Below, piece by piece: positions 38,652 through 49,609 of a DNA stretch of 64,000 nt. Source of the stretch: Tubiluchus corallicola (lineage: Eukaryota > Animalia > Priapulida); the NCBI GenBank assembly GCA_030141605.1, contig JAQGDQ010000151.1, positions 186,001 through 250,000 of the forward strand, in the 5' to 3' direction. Within the stretch, counting starts at the first letter, position 1; every line of letters starts with the position of its first letter. Position numbers and translations under genes: made by a program. The notes beneath the pieces were generated by a model that ran no database searches, was not told where the DNA came from, and worked only from the letters and a program-made list of their open reading frames with translations.

Positions 38652-40550
38652 TTTCTGTTCTTGGTTGAATTTCGCGCGTACCCATAGTCCTGTGCGCAAA
38701 ATCCGAATCATGCCCACAATTCTGTGCGCTCAACGCGAAGAACGCAAAGTAGTCCTCACCTGGCGTGAGATACAAAAAAGTTAATTACTCATGAATTAGA
38801 CAACGTACTGCTAAAAGATCGCCAGATTGTTAATGGGGAAGGCAACTATAAAATAAGTTTAACTTGATTTTCATAATATTTCCTTTTTAAGGCACTCAAC
38901 AACAGCTTTCAAATATGCTAATAGTAGAAATAAAGTAGACTTTTTCTTTATTTGTGTAAATATGTTTTAACATATTCATCCCAGCTTTATTGTATGAAAT
39001 TGGAAATTCCAACTACAGGCGTGCCATTACTAAGTTTAGATCATTCCATACAATTCTACAGTATTTTGTGTACATGCAGATATCTAGAATCTGTAGATTC
39101 TACTCATGTGGTTCTTAAAACTGCCCAATCTGAACCAAATAAAGAGTGTTTAAACTCATACTATTGTAACAACAGCGAAACATAGTTCATTTTCACTGAT
39201 CCACAACGAAGTAATTACATCAACTTTGCAGTTCCGACATGGAATGGTTCTGCCAGTTCAGCAGGTGAATGGACGGTGTTTTTACAATGAATGCACCTGT
39301 TCTGCTGACACAAGAGGCATGAGGCAGCACAAAAAAACTCTGCCTGCTTTTATGACGTTTTCTGTATCCTGGAATTGAATCTAGATCATTTGGCATACAA
39401 AATTCGAGGGAACAAACTGACCAATCAGACCCCCTGGCAGCACCAGGACTTAGCATCGTTGCAATATTTATATACACAATCCATATTGCTTAACGCTAGC
39501 AATGTGCTTGATGAAAGTATGTTTTAGTTGTTCGCTTGTGCTTATAAATATTGCAACAAAACTGGATAGTGCTGATAAGCATAAAAGTAGGAAGTGAAAT
39601 TATAAGACTTGCCAGGAATCTGTCTCATGTTTTTCGTTCTGGTAAACAAGAACAGAACAGGTGCTAAGATGTTAAAGCTATTATGGTCGTTCACTTAACA
39701 AATCGACGAAGGCATTCCATAGCGATAGATTTATACCTGCTATTCAACGCCACAATGCAATATCTTCATACAGACTAATGTACCGAGGATCAAAATAAAC
39801 AGCTTTTCGCTCCCGTAACAATATTTTCAACATTAAGGAAATTATTACTGTTTATATCTTTTCTTATTTGCCAATTAAGAGCAATTGGAAATTTGTCCAA
39901 GAAAAGTGGTTTAACGCTGTTGTCAAAACAGCTATGAGTATATCAGTATAACAATGGTTAGAAGTGTGTTATGCTACGAAATTTTACACTAGATGGCAGC
40001 ATTAACGTGTTTGGCAGACGACAGATACAAGTAAGCTTCTTTGTAAGTATTTTTTGGAAATAGTTCGTTTTCCCTGCATGTTAGCCACTATTTTTCACTA
40101 TATCAACGTTGTTACCCAATTTTGTAACTATTTAAAATTAAATTAATACTGTACAGGGACATAATGCAGATTATGAAATTTCTGAAACAAGCGGCTGCGT
40201 AATAGAATTCTATGTGCTGTTATAACAGGCATGATTACTTTTGTTTTTAACTCTGTTACATTACTTATAGTAATAGAGTTTACACAGTGGTAAAAGACTG
40301 ATGGCTTGTTGTTTCCTACGCATAAAATGAAACTTTAAGTGTAAATTTGTCTGACTTTGTTAAAAAACTTATAATAATTAAGTAAATAGATATAATTAAG
40401 TATAATTAATTAGTGATTGTTTAAATAAAATTTAATTATGCTAGTGATAATTTAAATATAATAGTACTGTACAACTTAATCAATTATTAATTACAATTGG
40501 CATATGTCACTGTCAGCAACAGAAAAACAAAGGCGATATCCAATGTGCAT

Positions 40551-40556
<6 letters not shown>

Positions 40557-40602
<46 letters not shown>

Positions 40603-40640
40603 CAGAAGGTCCCTGATTCAAATCCAGGCTGCAGTACAAC
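40557..40640 (+). repeat. (TA)n microsatellite followed by a tRNA B-box-like SINE remnant
   Basis: ~22 TA units, then AGAAGGTCCCTGATTCAAATCCAGGCTG. Confidence 0.55.
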
Positions 40641-43341
40641 TTTTTCTGTTTTTCAAGTTTGATATCACAATTTAATTATTTGTTATTTGTGTATTTATAA
40701 TATATGTATATTTAATAATAATCTTGACGTTATCCATTAAAATTTTGTACTCAAAATTAATAAAATAACAATTTAATCGCATTAGTACAGTTAAAACTAC
40801 CTCAGCTTGAATGATCTGATATTAGAAATTAAGTAAGAAGCAGCAGCAATATTTTTATTAAGAGAGTTACTTTAATTAACTGTATGTTAATTAAATTAAT
40901 TAACAGTCATAATATTTGTACGATTTTTGATAATGTTTGTAAATCTTTATGTTTTTGTCCTTAAATGTATTTATTTTTCTTAATTTTAAGTTTAAAACCA
41001 CCTTTCAAGACCTTTACTCAATCAAGGTTTCTTGTCTTAATATATATAAATAAATAATAAATAAATATTTAATCTTATTTCTTATACTTTATTCTTATTT
41101 ATTCTTAATAAATAAATATCTTATCTTATCTTAACTTTGACCACTAAAGAATGTGGTGGCTTATTTGTCTAAAACAGCAGAAAAGTGCGTGTCTGTGCAG
41201 ACAAAATGAAAATTCGGTTACTAGGTTTTCTACTACCGCACGTTGTAAATCTGTACTAAATGTGCAGCATTCTGTTACAAAAGCGAAAATTGTAAACACT
41301 CAGGTGAATATCATGTTGCATTGCAACAATGGGATGAAGAAAAGCGTGTTATTAATTAAGAATGCATCTGGTAACCATCCAGACAGTGTTTTTCTCTTGA
41401 AATTTAAATATATTTACTTTAATTTACTGAGAAGAAACAAGTTATATAAACGCTTATACTTTTACATTCGTGATGCTGTACGGCTATGCAATGTAATTTT
41501 GAGTGAGTGTAACTTATACATTGTACCTCTACAGGAAAACATTGAAATTCTGTAGTTATATATGCATATGTATATGTATATGATAGAGAATTTGTACATA
41601 TATAGATTAAATGCCATGTTAGAATGCAAAACTAAACCACAGACTTGATCAAACTTGACCTTGCATCGGCAAATTAGAGTATAGTTTTTCTAGCTTTTAC
41701 AGAAACTTTGAAGAAAAGTAAAAATTAATAAGTAATAAGTATTTAAACCCACCACTCAGAACGAAATCGAAATGATCTATTATTAATTGTATAGGTATAT
41801 TTGTTACTGTCGAAAATGGTAAGATAATCAGTAAACCACTGTTCTCAGTAAATCGTGGTTTTCTGCACAGCTGGCAACAGCTCGTCAGTATCTCCAGCTG
41901 TGGATGAAGATTTCAAATAATTTTGACGTTAATTTCGTTGAAACGAAGCACCTGTGCCTGTTTTATAAATATTACAGAACTTTGTTATTTATCATATAGT
42001 AGTGATTCCAAAGTAACCCAACATGTTCACCAGAAGGATGTGATAATGGAATGGCACTTGTGATAATAAGGCAGTTTTTATTGCTTCTGCATTGTAATAG
42101 AAAAAGAATGCGGTTAAAAAAGAAAAAATTAGCTATAACAAAAGTTTTCATATTCCTCCAAGGTACAACAAACTACAAACTAGAGGATCATTTTGTCTTT
42201 TAGCATTATATAATAAAATGGAATGGAATTCATATTCACAGGCCTTAGATAAATTTGCTAATCCCATTTTATACAGAGAAGCAGTTGTAAGATTTTCGTC
42301 CAAGGTTTTCTTACCAACGTTTAATTACCCAATTTACCTTTAACCACAGAGCGAAGCTATATTCTTTTTTGCACAATTCTTTGGACATCAATTGTTTTTT
42401 TTCCAGTGGCAATTTGTTGCTCAGCATATGTTGATATTCGTACGTTGTCATGCTTGGTATGTTGTTTCTCGCTACGCTTGTCAAACTTTGTGGCACAATT
42501 AACTTATTACCCCATCATTGAATGGGCTACCGGTATCTGTATCTGTGTCTGTAAATTTTTGTCACTTGTGTGGCAAAAACTCTGTGGCGAACTGTACAGA
42601 CATATGGATTTCTTACCGTTCAGGTTAAAATGTAGGTATAATTATATTTTATATTCAATAGTCCAGTTTAATATACTTATGAAGTGCATGTAAGGGTAAT
42701 TAGTGACAAGTCTCTGAATTCAAAGCAGTGTTGTTCCAATAGATCTGTTTCCGAGCGATCGATTGCAAATATTCGCGAAAAATGTGGGATTGGTTCGTGT
42801 TTGGCAAAAATCAATAATCAGTTTTGGGTCGGATTGGTTTTTTTCATGATTGGAACAACACTGATTTATGTGTTATATTATGTGCGAATAAAGAGAGTCA
42901 TTTTCTTTGTTATCATTTTCTGTTGGGCGCGTAATAACCTTTGTCTTGCCCAAACACCGCTTCTCACAATACAGTACATGCATGACACACTAACAAAAGC
43001 ACTACAACAATAATAAAAATCATATTATATTTCCTGTGAGGTACAAATAAACATTGCTATGTTATAAAAATATTTCTTTATTTTTACCATATTAATTTTA
43101 ACTACTGTAATTAATTGATCTTTTTAGCTCACCTAATTATTTTTTTGTTTTTCGCTTACGCAATATCCGCCTAAAATTATTGGCCGTAAGAATGCCAATT
43201 CTTGTAATAATTCAATAACACTTTGAATTACAAGTACAAAAAATTGATGAGAGGCTAAAGTGTAATCATTTATAATGATGAGAGTATTTTTATTAATACG
43301 TAAAATTTAATATTTTAGTTGAGAACGTGCAACAAGCAACC

Positions 43342-43432
43342 ATGAAGAAACTTACTTGGAACTTCATCATTAGCATTGCAATATTTTGCCTTATTCAGCT
43401 GGTACATACTGGAAAGTTCGGTTTTGACTATG
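43342..43432 (+). CDS. Signal-peptide exon 1 of a WSC-domain gene
   Basis: aaccATG; MKKLTWNFIISIAIFCLIQLVHTGKFGFDY then G|gtaagt, phase 1, matching the WSC exon. Confidence 0.75.
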
Positions 43433-45999
43433 GTAAGTTGGACAACCATGAACATGATATTAAATGATTAGACGACTAATGCAACACTCTTTTACATGTC
43501 TGAATGGATTTGGGAAGATGACACTAAAGTTCAACATAACCATTAATTATACATCAAATTGGGGAGAACCTTATTTTTAGTACAGAAGAATTAACCAGTG
43601 TCTGTCTACTCTGCTGGAATGTTACCGGAATGAAATTTTCGTTTTGGTTCCATGCCTATAATTACATTTTCGGTTAAGTTTCAGTCTCGAAATTAATTAC
43701 TTTTTTTCTGTAGCATTTTTCCGAGATTTTACTATTTATCGAATTTATGTTTTCTCCCAGATGCCAAAAGTATTGGCTAAAATAAGGCAGATAAGCCAAA
43801 ATGTTTTGTTTACATGACAGTTAGTGATGTGTTTTTTACAACAATGCGGCATATCTTCGGTGTTGACGATTGTGAAGCTTTAAGGTCTTCAGGCCCAATA
43901 ATCAATCAATTATTTTTTTTATTATGAATAAAAATAAATAAATAAAATAGAATATCAAACTGTTAATGATGACACAACTGCAAGAATAGTTTGTAACATA
44001 GCAAGGAACTGTTTAACAGGTTTATTATGAGTAGATACAGTAGAATATTTTTACAAAACTTATTAGCCGTTTCAGAAATTATAGGAAAATTATCAGCTTG
44101 AACAGAAAACAATTCAGAATAAATTACCATTTGCTTTTTAGTCTCTGCGCTGAGCTCACGTTCAGCCACGGAAAAGCCGAACAACAAAATTGCATAAGTT
44201 TCGGTAAACATCGGGATTAGTGCACGTAAAATAAGCAGTCGAGCTGGAATAAGTGCATGAACAAACTAAATGGAACAGATTGCACAAATGCGCGGAATTC
44301 ACACTTCCACTCCAGTTTCGGACATAGAACTGAAGACAGACAAACACAGTGGACCATGAACAGTCCAAGGTAGAAAACAACACCTCAATACAATGCGACC
44401 ACTATGAGTACTTTTAACTCACTGTCAGAACAAGAATCTAGCTCACAAGTGTAGGTTGGAATCAAACCTAACGTAAGATATAATTTTTGGTTATGCCACA
44501 AGGTAGATGACTTGTCCCCTTTGCATCGCATAAGTACACATCACATTTAGTGCGCAAGAACAGAAGTGGTCGACTGCAGAACCACAAGCTTACACAATTT
44601 GTGTGCCACAAGCTATTAAACAGCTATTAAACCTAGAATTGAAAACAGTTACTATACTGGCCCAATAAGGATTTAATGCTGGCTTAGTTAAGTTGCTTGA
44701 ATAAAACATTAATTAAGCGAATTCTGGCACATTAATGCAATTTCAATTTCTGGTACAATATTGACAGCAAAAGAAGTCAAAACATTGTTTTGCCGTAACA
44801 AATCCATTAATGGCGCGATTCTTGTTAGCCAGCATTGGCCTAATTGTAGATTGCCTGCATTCGCCCTCCTTATCCCATACAGGCAGTCATGCAGGCACTG
44901 TCACAACCAAGTTAGTACTGGGCCAGCAATGCTATCTATATTATGGCTAGTAAGTGGCATGCCATCACTGGCACTGTTAAGGTTTGCTTGTACTCGCCCA
45001 GCATCTAAGTCACCCATTCCCTTAAAAGCGATGCCGCAAACGTGCCAGTCCCGGACCAGTAATGTTAACTATATTATGACTGGGAAGTGGCATACCATCA
45101 TTGGCCCAGTTATTGTTTGCTTTATGCCAGCATTGGCGCAATGAGCTGTAATTAAGCCAGAACTTGCCCATAATGCCAGTGTTTGCTGGAAGATAAAAAA
45201 TGCATACTATGTTCGAAATGTGACCATGCAAATCAGAAGATTTCAGAAAATTTTTGATTATTTTCTGGAAAACCCATGCAGCAAGTAAATTGATTTCACA
45301 CTGTAATTGTGCAGTTAAATTTAGTTAAATGTAGATCTACATTTTATTTCCTCGCTTTGAAAACAAAAGCAACGAATTAACAACGAATTAAAACATCATG
45401 ATGAAAACTAGTTAATGATACAATATATACAAGAAAGTGTTAGACGTTACAACATTTTGACACAATTTCAGAAATCAAAATAATATCTTTCGTGCATTTA
45501 CATATATCAAATAATTATACAATCACAGTATGAGGAAAAACCTGTTGCATGCCCTTTTCACAGTCTGACAGGCTAGCTTATACAATCAAATTACACAAAT
45601 GAAGTAATTATGAAGTTAATGACTGCTGACACAGTGATTCACCTGACTTTAGACTATTTATCATGTAATTTAGATTTACTTCATTCAAAGGGTTAAATAC
45701 TTTAAATGTAAGTATACAGAACACTCTGCAATGCATAGTTAGGAATTTCATCTAACTTTCACACAATGATTCATGTAATTAATGGCTATGATATAATACA
45801 ACAAATGAATTACATCTAACCTTAACCCAAAGGTGTTAGTTCAAAAATAATTGTTTCCTTTAGAAAAGTATTTCCGACACTATTTTTTGTGAGTAGCAGG
45901 CTTGCAGTTTTTACTCAACATCAGGGATGCCAGCTAGCCAGGATGATCTAATGTTTTTACCTGTTGTGTGCAGTGGGTTGTAGAGCAAGCATGCAACCG

Positions 46000-46075
46000 G
46001 CCAGCTATGGGAGTGCTGTGAGCTCCGCCAGCGGGGTTCAGGGCAGAGCCCCAGCCACCAACGCATTTTCGTTTG
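46000..46075 (+). repeat. Core of a common invertebrate MITE-like repeat
   Basis: GGGAGTGCTGTGAGCTCCGCCAGCGGGGTTCAGGGCAGAGCCCCAGCCACCAACGCATTTT; recognised from memory as a frequent interspersed-repeat core. Confidence 0.45.
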
Positions 46076-46245
46076 TTTAAGGGTATTTTAGTGGCGTCAA
46101 ATGAGATATGGGGTGTGGTTCACAGACCTCAAAACGTGAAAAATGTGCTGGTGATATTGAATTTTATGCAAATTTATCTTTAACTTTTATAGCAAATGTA
46201 AAGAATAGATTGTAGTTATTGAAAATTCAGCAGCCCTACAGATGA

Positions 46246-46453
46246 AATAACAAATTCTATGCCTCAATTCTACGTCAAACCAGCAGAAACAGGATCGCGT
46301 ATGTCAAGGGGCTTGAGATGTACAGATTCGTCAAGAAACTTCTACCCAAAAATCGCGTAGTAACACGCATAGAGGATCTACAAAACGAACGACCGCCGCC
46401 GGCCATACGATGGCAAAGCCATCCGGGCAGCCGAAACATTGGCCAACTACTAA
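46246..46453 (+). pseudogene. 3' remnant of a Polinton/virus-type nuclease-like ORF
   Basis: ASILRQTSRNRIAYVKGLEMYRFVKKLLPKNRVVTRIEDL resembles the YVKGLEK...L......V...EDL motif I recall from DEDD-exonuclease-like ORFs of Polinton/virus-like elements; probable shifted tail KAIRAAETLANY*. Confidence 0.45.
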
Positions 46454-46996
46454 TTCTTCGATCAGAACAGTCAACATCGTCGCAACGGCTTCATTCGCGC
46501 ACCGTTTTGATTTGAAGATGCTTACAAGCCAGATTGGGTGGAAAACGCTACACTCGTAAACCGCAAATGCTTCTGCTGAAACGAGGGGGTGGCACGTTGG
46601 TGATTTTCGCCTCCGGATCGACGGTGATTAACGGTTTTTCCCAGAAACGAAAACTAGAAAATTCCATCCTCGAACTCACCAAACGTCACGGACTGACACT
46701 TGCCGCACTTGCAGTAGTACGAACCGTCACCACCAGTGCTAAACTTCTATGCAGACTGAACCACCTGCACTTTATCGTGAACTCTTAAAGTTACCATGTT
46801 GTTTTAACGAAGTGTTTTACGAAGTAAAACTTTTTTTCCCAAATTAACTTGTAAATGTGGTCAGATGACGCTAAATGTTTTCCACACTGGAAATGTAATA
46901 ATGATGGGGGGAGCAGAGTTGGGAGGTTTCTTGCATGCTTTTCTTAAATTTAAAGATTTCGCATACGAGAAGAATGATGTTTGCTTGCCTGCTTAA
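46410..46996 (+). pseudogene. Intronless divergent TATA-binding-protein-like gene with ~3 frameshifts
   Basis: Repeat 1: IRTVNIVATASFAHRFDLKMLTSQI/GGKRYTRKPQMLLLKRGGGTLVIFASGSTVING. Repeat 2: VRTVTTSAKLLCRLN/PALYREL...FYEVKLF/PKLTCKCGQMTLNVFHTGNVIMMG...HAFLKF. These align by eye with TBP NIVST..L...LDLK, IFSSGK.V.TG, YEPELFPGL and IFVSGKVVLTG. Confidence 0.8.
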
Positions 46997-47259
46997 CGAA
47001 TGTCATATGTAACTGTAGAATGAATTATTTCGTATCGCATAAACGAATTTATATAATTGTATAATGAGATGTGTAGAATTTTAATAATTATTTTGTATTA
47101 CATATGTGAATGGAGAAGTGCATAATCAAACGTGTAGAATTTTAATAATTATAGAAACATGTAATCAAATATAGAAACGTGTACTTGTTGAAATCATTTG
47201 TACATGAACAATGAATATTTATTAAAATGAGATTTTTGTTGTTTGGAGAAGTATTTCAA

Positions 47260-47290
<31 letters not shown>

Positions 47291-47399
47291 AAAACAAAAT
47301 TTTCTCGGCAAAGCTTAATTAAATAGCGCGTGTTGATGATTTAATCAACGTGCTGTAACGTGTATGTCTTCGTGTATTATGCAATCATAAAAGCAATTG

Positions 47400-47930
47400 C
47401 ATAAGATCATTATACATTCTTAGAGCAACCACGCATGCGCAAACCTACAACACTTACACCACATTTCACAAGATAGGATTAGACCACCCGCGTATGCGCA
47501 AACCTGCACCTCATCTCGCAACAGGATAGGGTTAGAGCAAGCTGGCACATGCACAACAAACCTACATCACTTATACCACATTTAACACATGCAAACCAAT
47601 CAATTGAACATTATTTGGAGGGGTGAGGTGCAGTTAGGGTTAGAGATGACTGTTACTTGATCAGTTCCATTATTTGAAGGGTGTTAGGGTTTGCAACTAG
47701 GGTTAGGGTTGGACATTATGTTAGGGATAATAACTAGTTTTTGGGCAGTTCCATTATTTGAAGGGTCCTCCTCCTCTCCCACCTCTCCTTCTCCCGGGAG
47801 GAAGGAAGGGGAGGGGGAGAGGACCCCCCGGCCAGCCACGCCGGAACATTACATTATTTTAAAGGGGTGAAAAGATGAGGGGGTTGGGCACCCAGAGGTC
47901 AAAGGTTCAGGGAAAACACAGTGAGGCATA
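47400..47930. repeat. Subterminal repeat block with TTAGGG-like units and a GC-rich hairpin
   Basis: CGCATGCGCAAACCT-type repeats x3, CAGTTCCATTATTTGAAGGGT x2, scattered TTAGGG, and an imperfect palindrome at 47763-47826 centred on CCCGGG. Confidence 0.7.
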
Positions 47931-47999
47931 AACTACCCTACACACCTTGCTCAAGAACATAAAAAGTGCATTTCAAAATGAAACCTCAGCATTTAACAG

Positions 48000-48740
48000 T
48001 TCAGTCTGTCACCCACTGGTCAAAGATCAACCAATGTCGACATAACTTATTTCATTTTTGCTTGTCTCATTGAGACGTTTCATTTGATATACTACAAGCT
48101 AATTTTGGTTAACACTTAAAGGCATTTGTCTTCTCGATCCTATTTTGCCCCTGCTAGGGTCAGAGGTCAACCAATCTTGGCATAACTTATGCCATTAAAG
48201 CTCACTGAGACCTTTCATTTGATTTACTAAAAGCTACTTTTGGTCGACCCTGAAAGACATTTGTCTCCTCGACCCTAATTGGATCACAGGTTAACAAGTC
48301 TTACTGTAAACAATACAGTTTGTGTACTCATCGAGACCTTTCATTTGATATGCTACATGGTGGTATTCCTAGACAATCGATGCATTTCTGGTCTTGACCA
48401 ACGATTGTTTTAGTTTTTGCCCCTTATTGGGGTCTGAGATTAACCGATCGCTGTACAGTTACTACCATTCAATTTGTCTCATTTAGACCTTTCATTTGAT
48501 AGACTACGAACTGGTTTCAGTCGACACTAGAAGGCATTTGTCTTCTCGCCCGCTATTTTGCCCCCTAGAGGGTCACGTGTTAATGATTCTTATTGTAACC
48601 TATGCCATTCGATCTGCCTCATCGAGACCTTTCATTTGATATGCTGCACGGTACCGTTGCTCAGCACCCGCTGCACTTCTGTTTTTGACCCACATTTTTC
48701 GGGTTTTGCTCCCTACCAGGGCCGCGGAATTAACTATTTT
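48000..48740 (+). repeat. Diverged tandem array, 5 units of ~125-150 bp
   Basis: AGAC(C/G)TTTCATTTGAT recurs near 48072, 48207, 48333, 48485 and 48624; CATTTGTCT..TCG occurs in several units. Confidence 0.75.
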
Positions 48741-49122
48741 TAACAGCCTCCAACTATTTGTAACACTGAATATTGGAAGCTGCGATAATATAATTACATT
48801 TAAAGAATTGCTCAAGATAACATCATTTTAAATTAGAGCATGGAAATTCAATTGGATTTTAATTTGGCCTACGTTTTGTAAATTTGATTTTATATGGATT
48901 TTTAAAATTAATGGCGTTTCTTTATAATGCGTATACGTTTATGATTTATTTTAGACTTTTAAAATCTTTGGTTGTAAAGCGCAACTGAGTATCTTTATAT
49001 ATTTTGAGGCACTATATAAATTTTCTATAATAGTAAGATTAATAATAATTTACTATCGTTAGTTGTTTCCTGAGTTCTTAAACATCTGGTTTTCAATTTT
49101 TTCTTTAAACACATCTTTGCAG

Positions 49123-49455
49123 ATAATGAAGATATCAATCAGAAACACATGTATAACTTGTTTGGTTGCTGGTCCGATATGTCTGGTGACAGAGATCTAC
49201 CAACTGAAGACTTGGATTATGCTTATTTTAGTGGAGATATAATATCTTTATGTATAGCTTCTTGCCTGTACCAAGGCTATTCCTATGCAGGGATGCAGGA
49301 AAGTACCCTATGTTACTGTGGAAATGCATACGGAAGACATGCGAAAGGCGACGAATGCAATTTACATTGCGCAAGTTCTAATAAAAAGTGCCAAGTGGAT
49401 AAACATACTTGCTGTGGAGGATATGACCAGTCTATTATTTATGCTACATTCACTG
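49123..49455 (+). CDS. WSC-domain exon
   Basis: tttgcag/gtgagt boundaries, phase 1-1; GCWSD...RDLP...CIASC...GYSYAGMQ...CYCGN.YG...CNLHC...CGG......Y fits the WSC cysteine pattern. Confidence 0.92.
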
Positions 49456-49513
49456 GTGAGTCGCTTATAGTTTTGTTTTTTGTTTATCTAATTTAGACAA
49501 TTTTGTTTACCAT

Positions 49514-49524
<11 letters not shown>

Positions 49525-49606
<82 letters not shown>
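49525..49606. repeat. (GT)n microsatellite
   Basis: ~40 GT units. Confidence 0.98.

Positions 49607-49609
<3 letters not shown>

Noticed and set aside
43596-45190. Two possible MITEs (43596-44352 and ~44650-45190)
   Set aside because: Only degenerate or single TIR-like ends and no TSD, so boundaries cannot be supported.
47527-47726. True telomere or interstitial telomeric array
   Set aside because: Only scattered one- or two-unit TTAGGG matches; treated as element subterminal repeats instead.
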